From the NCBI GenBank assembly GCA_000388065.2, contig KB932203.1: a stretch of DNA of 60,647 bases. One strand, 5' to 3'. The position numbers and the translations under genes are program-made. Below, in pieces: positions 1-12,554 of this stretch. A model generated the notes under the pieces. The model was not told the origin of the DNA, ran no database searches, and saw only the letters and a program-made list of their open reading frames with translations. This DNA is from Fonticula alba ATCC 38817. Taxonomy: Eukaryota; Protista; Nucleariida. How positions within the stretch are numbered: the first letter of the stretch is position 1; every line of letters starts with the position of its first letter.

Positions 1-180
1 ATGGTATCTCCCCCTCCAGGGTGTGTGTGGCCCCCCCCCCCCCCCCCCCCCCCCCCCCGCTTTTTTCTCACCCGGGTCTTTCTCCCTTCCCCCCCCCCCC
101 TTTTTTCCCCCCCCCCCCCCAAACCCCCCCCCCCCCCCCCCCCCACCCCCCCCCCCCCCCGGGTCTCCCCCCGCCAAACC

Positions 181-1767
181 ATGTCCTCGCAGTACACGCG
201 TGTCCCAACCGAGGACACCGGCAACCTCTATACGACGTTGCCGCTGCCACATGACAACCCCTCGACCAACCACCACCTGGCCGATCCGGAGGACTACGCC
301 GGCGGCGACAAGAAGAGCTCCTCCTCTGCCGGGGGGGCCTCCTCCGATGCGCTGACCCGGAGCAAGTGGTTCTACCCGGTGCTGGTGCTGTGCTTCATCC
401 TCATGGTGGTTGTCGGTGTTCTGCTGGCACTGATCTTCACGCGCCCCTTCTCGGATGGCAACTCCCGGAAGTACGCCCACCTGAATGGCTACTGTGCCGA
501 TGTGCCGGCCATCACGGAGACCGAGTTTGCGGACCGCCGCGTCCGCCTGTCCAATGAGATGGTGCGTGAAATTGCAGCCCCCCCCCCNNNNNNNNNNNNN
601 NNNNNNNNNNNNNNNNNNNNNNNNNNNNNNNNCCCCCCCCCCCCCCGCCCCCCCCGGCGTGCCCGACACTCGATCCACGCGCTCCCAGGTCACCAGCGGC
701 GTGGATGTCCTCGTCACCGAGGCCGGCAGCACCATGCTCTACATGGCCGGTGCCAAGTGGAAGCGCAGCGAGCGCCCCTTCCTGGCGGTTCTGTCGCGCC
801 TGGGCCGGCCAGCCGACGACCCGGGGTTCGAGTATTTCTTTGTTTCGCCGGCCTTCGAGCATGACAAGGCATCCGAAGTGGTCAAGGGCGCGGCGTTGGT
901 TTACTACCAGGAGGACGAGTCGCCCTATCTGGCCCTGGCCCGGCACTTGGGCCTGGACCCGGATGCCGCCGACCCGCCGACCGCCGCCGCTCGGATCCAA
1001 GTCGACCGTGACACGCGGGGGTTCGTCTATTTCGGCATCGCCGGGGCCCTTGCCCCGGGCCATGAGCTGGTTTCGGACACCGGGCTGGTTCGCGCCGTGC
1101 GTGGCGTCAAGTCCAAGGCCGAGGTGGACATCATGCGCTGCGCCAATCTGGCCACCAAGGCCGCCATTCGCGCCGTACTGGAGGACGTCACGGCCGGGAC
1201 CACGCAGGCCGAGGTGTCGGCCGAGATCGCCGGCGCCCTGTCGGCTGCCGGCCTGACCAACACCTGGTCGATTGCCCTTTATGGCCCGAATGCCGCGGCC
1301 CCGCATGGCATCACCGGCAATGCCGGGCTCAAGCTCACTCGCGGCATGATGATCCTGCTGGACGCCGGTGGCGATCTTCTTGGCTACCAGTCGGACATCA
1401 CTCGCACGGTTCGCTGGCCGCTCGGGACCCTGACCAGCGATGATGGCCCGGAGCATTACGACCGGTCGACGCTCATCTGGAACACCGTGCGCCAGGCGCA
1501 CGAGGCCGCCGTCCGGGCCATCCGCCCGGGCGTTCGGGCCACCGACATTGACGCGGCCGCGCGTGATGTGGTCGAGGCCGCTGGCTTCGGCTCCGACTAT
1601 GAGACCTTCACCCACCGCCTGGGCCATGGAATTGGCATCGACGGCCATGAGGATCCGTACATGAATCGCGGCAATGAGGAGGAGATCCGCGTGGGGCACT
1701 GTTTCTCCGTCGAGCCAGGTCTTTACCTTCGTGATGAGGTTCGTACCTGGTCCATGTCTTGCGTCTT

Positions 1768-1798
<31 letters not shown>

Positions 1799-1858
1799 TT
1801 CTCTATCTGTTTCTCTCCCCTCACTCATGCGCATCTAACGCATTATGCCTTTTGCTCG

Positions 1859-1892
<34 letters not shown>

Positions 1893-2021
1893 CGCTTTTT
1901 CCTGGTGCAGACCGGCGTCCGCATTGAGGACATTGTCTGTGTCGTCAGTGAGACCGCTCCTTACATCGAGCTCTTCGGTGCCACCTCCGACGACGTGCTC
2001 AACCCTTTGGCCCTTCACTAG
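181..2021 (+). CDS. Type II membrane-anchored Xaa-Pro amino/dipeptidase (peptidase family M24B). Exons 181-561, 689-1738, 1911-2021
   Basis: All five metal-ligand motifs are present: LLDAGGDLLGYQSDITRT (D, D), HRLGHGIGIDGHEDP (H), FSVEPGLY (E) and, after splicing, GVRIED (E). There is an N-terminal hydrophobic segment WFYPVLVLCFILMVVVGVLLALIF. Both introns are GT-AG and phase-consistent; intron 1 spans N-gap 588-632. Confidence 0.9.
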
Positions 2022-2287
2022 AAGAACAGAGGACGCCGCGAGAGCCAGCAGGCCCGCCAAAGGCATCCCCCTGACGCCATATCGCCCGGCAGCTGGGCCG
2101 AGGACGCTACGCACTTGAATACACCACCACAGCCGGGTGCCTATTTTCCCCAAAATACATGAAAGGCCGCCCGACGGGACGCACCACGGGGGGGGGGGGG
2201 GGGGGCCCGGAAGAGGCCGTCTTCCCTATGTCTCCACCCTGGACGCGCTTGGGGGCAATCTGTCCACGTTTCCTCCGGGGGCATGCA

Positions 2288-2333
<46 letters not shown>

Positions 2334-4184
2334 GGGGCGTGTGCCTGCGCTCTGCCGCCTGGCGGTGCCCCGCCCCCCCGGTCGGTAGAAACACCCCAAG
2401 CTAGGAGATCGGACATTCTGAAGGGCATAGCTCAGAACATCAGGAGAAATGCCACACAGATCACATGGTCCCCGGGGCGGGGCGAATCGGCCTCTGCGAA
2501 CAGCGGCACCCGCCGACTTCGGGGCGGCCGGTCTGCCAGCAGTTGCCATAACCAGCGGGCAGCGGGAGGGGCGCTTGTTTTTTCCCTCCCCAGGTCCGCC
2601 TGCGGGGGGCTTCGGGCACCCAGGGTGGGCACCTGGCCGGCCGGGGGTGTCGGAGTGCCACCTCACTGGGGGAGGGGCGGGGGGGGTCTGGGTGCGCTCC
2701 CCCCCCCCCCCCCAGGCCGGCCCCATTTTCCCTTCCTCTCGGACTCCCAGGTTCGCGGGACAAGGGGCGAAGGGGTCGGTGGGTTCGGGGCCGGGGCCGG
2801 GGTCGGGGCCGGGGCGTTCACTCTGCCACACATCCCGGTGGGGGGCCCTTTGCTTGGGGGGGGGGGGGGCATTCTGGTGCTTGCTCTCTGGCCTGTTCAT
2901 CTCCCCTTCCCCGGTCTCCGGCCTTGCATCGCCCCGGTTGCGCCGAGTGTGTCCTGGACGGGGGGCAAGGCGCCCCCGAGGGGCAGCCGGCTGGGGGCCA
3001 ATCAAACTTGCAGATCGGCAGGGCTGCGGTGCACGGGCCCGGAGACCCGCCTGAGACCCAGGCTGTTGCGGAATGAGGCCCGGGCGGGGGCGATGCGAAA
3101 ATACGGCCTTCGCGAGGTCCTCCCGTTCGGCCTCCGTCGGCGGGAATGCCCCCCCCCCCCCCCCCCCGGACAGGATGGTCGGCGGGTCGGATAGTGCTTT
3201 CGCTCCGGTTCCGGCTCCGACTCCGGCGCCCCGGCCTTTGGCCCCTGTGCTCGCGCACGCCCATTTGCCCTTTTTCCCCGCCCCCCCCCCCCTCCCCCCG
3301 CAAAGTCCTTCGTGCGCAGGGATGGGGCGAAAAACAAAAAAACACCACGACCCCGCACATCGGGCAGAGTATTTGGACCTGGGGGAGCATGCACGAGATG
3401 AGCGGGATGAGCGTGTGCACGGGCCAGGCCGCGGGAAGGGGGACAAAGAGAGACATGTGTTTTCCCGACTGCGCTGCCTCCCGGGGCGCTGGCCTCCTTG
3501 GGGAGGATTGTTGTTGTTTTTTTCCTCGCCCCCTGCCCTGTCCTTCCACGGCTCAGCCGCAACGGCCAGGAGTGTCCCGACAAATCCAGATACACAAATA
3601 GACGCCCAGTCAACCGGCCAGCCGGCCGGACAAGTACGCTCACATGCTCACGCTCGCCAGGGATTAAGAGCTTCGGTATTTGCCTCGGGGGGGGGCGGGG
3701 CAAGTGGGCAGGGGCCGAGGACTCGCGAGAAAAAAAGGGGCAGGAATGTCCCCTTTTCTCCCTGGTGTGCCTGTGCTGCGTACGAGGGCGCGTCCCCCCC
3801 CCCCCCCCACACCCCATGCCTGGCGATGCCCACTGGAAGGCTCGCCGGCCCTGGTCCCCGTGCTTGGGAGGAGTCCTATTGAGAGCGCACCGGTCTGGTC
3901 TTCACCCCGCGGGTGGCCTCCCTACCTCATCGTCCCCCTCCTCCCCTGCAGCTCTCGCCCCTCCTCGCCTCCGCTCTCCCTCCCCCCTCTTCCAACCCGG
4001 GCCTCCCCCCCCCCCTCCGGCGCCCAGGCTCCCGCNNNNNNNNNNNNNNNNNNNNNNNNNNNNNNNNNNNNNNNNNNNNNNNNNNNNNNNNNNNNNNNNN
4101 NNNNNNNNNNTCCCCTCTCCCCCTCTCTCCCTCTCTCCCTCTCTCCCTCTCTCTCTCTCTCTCTCTCGATTCGTCCACACACCA

Positions 4185-6824
4185 ATGCCGGCCAACTTGC
4201 CGCCCCCTCCTCCCCCCATTTCCCTCCCCGGCCAGCCAGCCGATCAGGCACCTTCTGTGCCGCACTCTGCCCCCATCGGTGGCACCGGCGCCCCTGCCTC
4301 TTCCGTATGTCTCTCCTCCTGGTCCTGCTCCCCCCTCCCCTCTCTCTCTCTCTCTCTCTCTCTCGACTTGTCTCTCGTTTGGGTGATATCCATCCCTGTC
4401 TGGCTCACCCCCTCCCCCCACCTCCCGCCGCCTTCTTGGCTCCTCCTGATGGATCTCCCTTCCGAATCCCCCCCGTCCTTGCCCACCAGGCCCCCATGAC
4501 GGCGCCCCCCCTGAGCAGCCCGCGCGGAGATGGTAGCCTCCCAGCCAGTGCGACCCCGGCTGACATGGGCCCCGTGCACCAGCCCTTCCGGCCGACGTAC
4601 ACGGCCGGGCGGCTCCCCCTTCGGTCCGACCAGCCAGCGGTGTTGATCTCACCGGCCGCACGCCTGCGCCTCCGCGAAACCTTCCTCACCCAGGCGCCGG
4701 ACTTCCACGCTGGCCTCCCGGCGAGCTCGGCCGATGGACAGGATCTTCTGTCCACCCACCTGGTCCCCGGGGTCCGGCGTGTGCGGGTCAAGTACCTGCG
4801 CCCCGAGCAGCCGGACTTCAACAACCCCTTCGCCAATCAGCTGGAATTCCTCATGAAGCTGCGTGCTCCGGAATCCGGCAGCGGTGGCGGTGCTCCGGCC
4901 GCATCGACCACCTTCCAGCGCTGGCTACGAGCCGTCTACCGGAGTGCCCTGACGGTGCCGGATGGCATCGGCCATCGGACCGAGCGTGCCACGCCGGAGG
5001 CCATCTTCGAGCGGTCGACCAAACGCGACGGCATGAACCGTCTAACCGGGCTCATCTCCAATCCCATGCGGCCCTCGGACGAGGGGTATGCCGACACCGA
5101 GGACATCCCCGCCTGGCTGGCCAACATCTGGTGTGGCTCCAGCCCCATGGGTCCGGGCGGACTGCACCCGGCCCCGCCGACGGCCGGCGACCCGAGCAGC
5201 CCGCCCCCTGGCCGGTCGGCCCCACCATCGCCCTTCGGCAGCCCCTCGGCTTCGGCGTCCAGTTCGACCACCGGGTCGCTGGCCTCCACGCCGCTGCTCA
5301 CCGGCCTCGATGCTGTCGGGGCCCCGGTGGCCGATCCCGTCATCCCGGCCCTGGCGCACGTGCGTACCTCTTTTGCAGTGCTCTCCCCTTCTTCTCCCTC
5401 GTCTGCCTTGTCTACTAACCCGCAGCCTCCTCGCTCTTGACAGGTCCTCATGCAGTCGGACTTTGCCATTGTCACTCGGCTGCTGCGCGAGCGCGCCAAC
5501 GACGACATGCTGCTGAAGTCCATCCTGCACCTGTTCGAGAACTACGGCCTGTCGCTGGAGCTCTTCTCCGGACTGCTGGTGGATGAGATCAACAACACCA
5601 TCGATGAGAACACCCTCTTCCGTAGCAACTCCGCCACCTCCAAGGCGATGACCTTCTTCTCGCGCCTGGTTGGCGGTGACTTCCTGCGCCAGGTGCTCAA
5701 GAGCAACCTCCAGGAAATCAGCCAGCTCCCTCCGCTCGAGATCGACCCGAAGCGCATCACCCCGGAGATGGATGTCTCCACGTCCCTCCGGGTGATCCAG
5801 AACATGGCCCAGCAAATCTTCAACACCATTGTCAACAGCATTGCCGCCTTCCCGGCTCCGATTCTGGCCCTCTGCTCGATCATCCGCAAGGGTGTCGAGG
5901 CGCGCTTCCCCGGCAAGTATTTCTACGGTGTTGGTGGCTTCGTCTTCCTGCGCTTCATCTGCCCGGCCATCGCCGCCCCGGAGACCCATGGTCTTGTGGA
6001 CAGTGCGTCGGCCGTATTTTTGCCCCTGTCGCCCTCCTTGCCTCTGCCCAGTCCTTTTGTGCCAGTCCGTTGCTCTCCGGCATGCTGACCATGTGGTGCC
6101 CGCTCTCGCCCTTGGCCGGTTGCAGGCCTTCCCTCCTCCGAGACACGCCGGACCTTGATCCTGGTGTCGAAGATCCTCCAGAACCTGGCGAACAATGTGC
6201 TCTTCGGCAGCAAGGAGGCCTTTATGGAGCCCTTCAACCAGTTTATCCAGCAGAATCAGTCGCAGCTGTTTGATCTCTACGACAAGCTGAGTGTGCGTGC
6301 TCTTCGGGTCTTTGAGAGAGCCCCCCCCCCCCCCCTTCCGCCTCGTCCCCCCTCTTGTCCATTTCGGCATTTGCACCCTCCGCTCTATGTGGGTCCGTTT
6401 CCTGACCCCGCTGGATGTTCCATCTGCGGCCGCACGCCGTCCTTGCCTACCCCGTCCCCCTCCCCCCTTTAGACCTCTCCCCCGCAGGAGTACACCGGTG
6501 TCCCGCTGTTTGACATTGACGAGGCCATCCTCGGCAACTCCTTGAATGTCATCCGCGAGGCGCTGGAGCGCAGTCTCGAGAGCCTGCTGCCCAAGCTGGC
6601 TGGTGTAACGATTGTCGAGGTAGGCACCCCCGATGGGGCTTCTTTTTCTTCGGTCTGCTTTCATCTGCTCACAAGGCTGACATTTCCCTTCCTCGCGCAG
6701 CCCTACACCTACGACCTGTTTGACTCCGTCGGCGGGATGCTCAGTGGCCTGGCCAGCCTCGACGGATCGGACTTCATTTTGAGCGACATGTATGAGGTGT
6801 GTTCATGATGCCGGCCAGTGGGCT

Positions 6825-6856
<32 letters not shown>

Positions 6857-8336
6857 CCCTCTCCCCATATCTTCACATACTCTGGCGAGACCTCATGATG
6901 CGACCCCGGCTTGCTCTCTCATGTGGCTCTTCGCCTCCTGTGCTGAGATAGTGTCGCGCGCACATGCCCATGTGCCGGCTGCCCCATGCTGCTCCTTTCC
7001 CACCGACATCCCCGCATGCGCCCTCGCATCCCCTTGTGCGTGGCCACACAGTGTGGTTTCCATGTGCTTGCCGCCTTTTCTGTTTGCCAACGTGGCTTTT
7101 CTCACCCATCTTCCCTTTATTCTCTCCCCGCCCCGCGCCCTCCCGCGCCCTCCCCCCCCCCTTCTTCATACACACGCACGCCGGCTTTCCCCGGCCCGGA
7201 CATAGCTCATGTGCCTTGACCACTTCCAGACCCTGCTCAATATCATCTCCTACCAGAAGGATCGCCGGCTGATTGACTACGCCTGCGCTGAGATCATTCC
7301 CCTGTCGATCCGGTTCTCCGAGACCGTGTGGAATCTCCTCCGCATCCTGGAGCGGGAGATCGAGCTGTCACAGCGCCAGCACCCGGCCTGCTTCGAGCAG
7401 CTCCCCGGCTACCGGCTAACGATTGCCTATTCGCAGCTTCTCGGGTCCAACTACACCAAGCGTGTGCTCGGGTCCGTGTTGTCGGATCTGGCGCAGAATC
7501 CCGAGCAGTTTGTCCTGCCGGTGTCCAGCGCCGGTGGGGTCCCCCCGACGCCGGGGGCCATCAATGTCATCCTCGGCCGCTATGCCCAGGTGGCCCTGCG
7601 TATTTTGTCGACCATCGTCTCCTCCCTCAGCTACTTCCCGATCCCGGTGATGCACATCTTCAAGTTTGTTTATCACAAGGTCGTGCAGAAGTACCAGTGC
7701 GATGTGGCCGCTCGGAACTTCCTGCGCGTCATGCTCCTGGACCAGATCATCTGCCCGGCCATCACCGAGCCGCTGGCCAACGCGGTGCCCGTGTCCTTTG
7801 CTCGGCCCGGCGATGCGGCCGGGCTCCTGAGCGACCGCTCGCCCATTCTCAATGTCATTGCCGACATCTTCCGGCACATTGCCCGGCACACCTTCTTCGA
7901 GCAGCCGCACTTCGCGCCATTGAACTTCTTCATCCGTGACCACTGGTACCTGCTGGATGAGTTCATCCACACGATCATCACATCGGACCCGCCTCTCAAC
8001 CCCTCCTCCTGGGCCATTCCGCGGTCGCTCAAGCGCGACGAGGAGGCCAAGCGCGGGTCGGTCAATGTCGGTCGCGTCATGACCGACGAGGCTCTGGAGC
8101 TGGCGCACGGCCAGTTCACCGACCTGTCGGAGGCTGTGCGCCGGCACATTGCCGCCAACCAGGCCAAGGCCGCTGCCGCCGGCCCCGGCGACCTGGCCCA
8201 CATCCTGGCCGGCGATTCGCAATTCGCCATGTCCCACTTCCCGGCCGCCACCCAGCGGGTCTGCGAGGCGGTGGAGTACCGTCTGACCGACCGCCTGTTC
8301 ATGGTTCTGGCCCAGACGTATGTCAAGTCGTCGTGA
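4185..8336 (+). CDS. Ras GTPase-activating protein with two tandem RasGAP-like domains. Exons 4185-4304, 4490-5359, 5444-6002, 6126-6292, 6488-6620, 6701-6796, 7206-8336
   Basis: Domain 1 carries the Arg finger LFRSNS, the signature FVFLRFICPAI and KILQNLAN..FGSKEAFM..FNQFI. Exon 7 encodes a second homologous domain. Six introns are phase-consistent, with a canonical TACTAAC branch point at about 5413-5419. Confidence 0.88.
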
Positions 8337-8955
8337 CGCTGCTGCCGGAGCGGCTCGTTGTCTTTTTTTCCTTTCTATCGCACCGTGTCTGCTCTCTCCC
8401 TCGTCCCCCCGCCTCTCTGCCTGCCTGTGGGTGTGGGCATGTGCATGCAGGTGTGGGCACACAGCCGCATGGGCCCAAGGCAAACCCCAAGCCTCTCCAC
8501 CCGGCCCCCCTTTCTTCCAGGCAATCCATGTCAAGGTACTTGGCATTTCGGTCCTGCCCGTTCGCACTTGCCCTCTTCTCCCGGGTGTTCTTTTGCGTTT
8601 GGCGGCCACCATGCTCGCTCCTATGGCCACCACTGCCGCCACAAACGCGCCACCTTTGTCGAGCCGTCCTCCCGCATCTGCATGTATGGATGTGGGTGTG
8701 TGTGCGCGGCCGCGCAAATGGGATTCAGCACATGCGTCATCTGCCCTCTTGAAAAATATACACAGTCACACAGGACGGGCTTTGGGTGTCGTCTATTTGG
8801 GTCTCCGGCATCATCGCGTGCGCAAGAGGGGGGGGGGGGGGGNNNNNNNNNNATCGCGTGCGCAAGAGGGGGGGGGGGGGGGGCGGGGCGCAGGGCGCAG
8901 GGGGGGGGGGGGAGCAGGGGCAAGGAGGAGCCGCCCATCCATGGACATGACCCCT

Positions 8956-10352
8956 TTACTCAGAATCAGCTGTCTTCAGCTGATGCTCGAGGGCATCGAT
9001 CGACGCCATCTCGATGGAGATGTTGGCCAGCAATTCGATGTGACCGACAGCTAGGTGGATGTGAGAGCTCATGTACCAACGGCAAGGAAATAGAGTGCAA
9101 CAGGGCATCCCGCGAGAGGAGGGAGCAAAAGGAGCAATAGAGGGACAAAGGCAGGCAAACCGAAGAAAGAGGGGCATTTTCTCGGGGAAAGTGGGGAAGG
9201 GGGGAGTGGGGAGGGGGGGGGGGGAACGCACCACTGCGGAAGTGCTTCTGCGATTGGCGCAGGGCTGGGGGAACCAGCGCACCGAACCAGTTGGCCGGGT
9301 TGCGCAGGGTGGGCTCCGGAGGCTCCTCATCCGAAGACATGTCCCCAGCGTGGCCGTCACCATCAGCGTCGTCACCATCACCCTCAGCAGGGGCATCCTG
9401 CTCAGAGGACGATGGCCGCTGGTTGACCAGTTCCGAGGCCACGCGCGACCGAAGGTCCGACAGGGCATTCCGAGTGATGGAGCTCCCGGAGGCGCTGGTA
9501 CGCATGGATTTCCGCACCGCCGGCGGCTGGCGCTTCTCGGCCGCCTCGGCCTCGGTCTCGGCAAAGGACGAGTCGGCCAAGGCCTTGGTCACCTGCTCCA
9601 GGATGGCTGAGGACCGATCTAGGGCCGCATGGATGTCGCTAGCCAGGGAGGTCACGCCGGGGGGGGCAGTGGTCGCATGGGCCTCGGTTTTGGACAGGGG
9701 AGCGGCAGGGCCGGAAGCGACAGCCGCAGGAGAGGCAGCCGTCGTCGCCGCCGCCGCCGCAGCAGCAGCATCATCAGCCACTGTAGCGGGGTGCGCCTCT
9801 GTCTGTGGGACTGGGTCGCCGGGGTTGAAGGTGCGAAGCACCATCACCGAAGCCGGGCGATGTGAGCTTGCCAGAAGATCCTCTCCTTGGCTGGATAGGG
9901 GGTCAGAGAAAGGTAAAAGCGAAATAGGGACCCCGGGGATGTGAGAGGAGACGCGCGCTTTCAACGGGGAACAAAGGGGGCGACAACGCACAGCAGGGCA
10001 TCCAAGCGATCGGGCGCGGCCATGTGGAGAGCATCATCCGTCTCCAGGTAAAGCAGTGCCTTCATACGGTGATCGAAGTTGGCCGGATCGATGCGGTGTC
10101 CGGTGGACGTCTGCCGGGCGCGTGCCAACTCGAAAAAGCCCTATCGCCATCAAGCCGCGCTGCAGGTTAGTGTGTGTGAGGCTGAGAGGGGAGAGGGAGT
10201 GGGCGAGTGAAAAGGATGGCGAGCCGTACAGACTTCAGAGACTCAGACAGGTGAACCTGCGTAGCCACGTATAGATCGAGCAGGCCCAGCCGGGCAGCGA
10301 AAAGCTTGTCCAGGAGGATTTCCCGCTCGGCCGCAGACATTGTGGCCGACAT
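8956..10352 (-). CDS. CCDC115: V-ATPase assembly factor CCDC115/Vma22. Exons 10352-10230, 10140-9992, 9890-9232, 9050-8956
   Basis: N-terminal LLDKLF...LLDLY...LKS-GFFELARAR and C-terminal NPANWFGALVPPALRQSQKHFRSAVGHIELLANI match the conserved CCDC115/Vma22 blocks (DPLxWFGxLVPxxLRxAQxxF). The three introns are phase-consistent. Confidence 0.85.
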
Positions 10353-10850
10353 ACTGGAGGTGATACGCCTAAGGTGGAGGAGAAGAAGCGAGGGAAGGGG
10401 GCGGGGGAGGACGGGGAACTGTGTGCGCGTGGGTTTGCCTGGAATGAAGGGGCGGACGGGGGAGGAGGAGGAGGAGGAGGAATATATGCGCCTTGGCCTG
10501 TGTTCCAAGCCCGGGGCGTGTATTTTTTAGATCCGCCAACCCGGCCCCAAGCTGGTGACCATCACCACGGGCCAAGGTATTTTGAATGCCGGCCTGGGGC
10601 CGGGCGCCGGCCCGTGTGAGTGCTCCAGCTGACCGCACGATCGGCCCCCCCCCACCAGGCGGCCGCTGCCGGTGCCGCTGGTAGCCGGGGCGGTCGTGTC
10701 CGGCGGAACTGCCCGCGCTTGGATGAGCTCTGGCAGGGGGCAAGACACCGACCCTGGCCCCATTCTGAAGGATCAGATTCGCGTTGTTGACGCTGTTCGA
10801 ATGGCATATGCGCCAGAAGTGCTGGGTAGGAAGGGGAGAGAGAGAGAGAA

Positions 10851-10912
<62 letters not shown>

Positions 10913-11003
10913 GGGGGGGGGGGGAAACAGATCAAAGGTGTTTGCGTGTATTTTCTTCTCTTCAGCCGGGAGTGCTGCGCGTCGCGTGCCACACGCCAGG
11001 GGC

Positions 11004-11183
11004 CTAGGCGTTGCCACCAGCAGCGGCGCCCGTGGCCAGGTGCTTGGGGGAGTTGTGGAAGAGGGATTTCAGCACAAAGGCCTCGGCCAGCAGAAGCTCC
11101 ACGTCGGTCCGCGACCACTCGGTGGCCGACGGAGGGCTCTGAATGAAAAGCATGATGCCCTGTGTGGCGGGGAGAAGGGGCCG

Positions 11184-11217
<34 letters not shown>

Positions 11218-12507
11218 GAGAGAGAGGGAGGGAGAGAGACGCCCAGGCAACTCGGTAGAGTCTGTGCGTCCGCGCTGATCCGGCCACCTCGACGGAGGGG
11301 GGGGGGGAGGGAGGGAGGGTGGCACACCGGGAGGAAAGAGGAAATGGTGAGTTGGATGGCTGAGGCACCGTGTGTGGAGAGGGCGCCAGGTGGTGGAAGC
11401 ATGGTACCTGGAAATCCATGGACTTGATCTGCTGCTCGAAGCGCATCAAAAAGGCCGCGCACACGTAGAGGTGGAAGGTGACACACGCGTCGATGCCCTC
11501 AGCCTGCGGAGGAGCGAGAGATGGGGAGGGTCACAAATGGACGGGAGGAAGCCGTCAGCATGGCGATCGGGCAAGAGCCAATCCCACAGAAGGAGGGGAC
11601 GGAAATGGTGGGCACGCACAATGTAGGTGTCCCACATGCGGATCGTGTTTCCGAGGCACATTTCACGCATCAGCAGGCAGTTCATCCAGCGGAATGCAAA
11701 TTGGATGAAGGCAATGCCCTCGTTGATGATGTGCCGGTGAAGGGTGCCTGAGGGGGGGGGGGACGAGTTAGGCCATTGATGAGGGCTGGAATGGCCTTGA
11801 TCGGCAAACGGGGACACTCAAAGAAGGAGGCATAGACACAGGGGCAGGGAAGCGCACCATCAAGGCGGATGATCAAATCCTCAAGGCGGTTGACCTGCCG
11901 GAGAATACCCGGCTGCCCATGAGTATAACTGTCCTGTGAAGCCGAAGAAGAGAGCATTGAGTTTGGGGGGGGGGGGGGGTGCGTGCTCGTCAGAAGGACA
12001 TCCGAGGAAGGGGAGGGGGGAGAGAGGGGAGGCGCAACCAAGGGGTTGGGAAAACGGAAGAAGAGGAGGCACTTACTTGGTTGCCATCCAGGAGGCGGCT
12101 GAGGCACCAAAAACTGTCGGCCTCGGTGGCGGCCAGGATTTCGGCTGGCACCTCAGCTGGGTCACAATCAAGGGCATTTTCTACTCCGGGCAGAGACCAC
12201 GAAGCAAGCAGTAAGGATGGAGCGTGAGCAGGATGCCGAGGGGTCAGAAGGGAGGGGCGCAGGGGAGGGGACGGAGGGGTGTTGGCAGGGCATGGGGTCA
12301 TGCAAGGCAACATACGGCCGATATAGCTCGAGAGGAACACCATGAAGAAGGGCATCAGCAAGTCATTGATCCCCTGGACGTAGCCGCTAGCTGGGTGGCG
12401 GATGGTCCAAATATACAGCGAGCGCTCAAGGCTCTGATCGGGACGGTGGTGACATGGATGTGAGTCAGCTGGGGCACAACAAAGTGCGTGCGTGTGTGTG
12501 TGTGTGT

Positions 12508-12554
<47 letters not shown>

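Noticed and set aside
1-180. ORF 1..864 with a poly-Pro N-terminus
   Set aside because: The poly-Pro is translated C-homopolymer. ATG 181 has a good context (caaaccATG) and starts ordinary sequence, and the frame past 561 is intronic.
2226-3900. Several 200-400 aa ORFs on both strands between the peptidase and the RasGAP, including a CxxC-like CDLC at about 2450
   Set aside because: GC-rich shadow ORFs made of G/C runs, with no recognisable motif and no consistent splice model.
8813-8882. 30-bp direct repeat (atcgcgtgcgcaagag + G-run) resembling a target-site duplication
   Set aside because: The copies directly flank a 10-N gap, which indicates an unmerged contig overlap.
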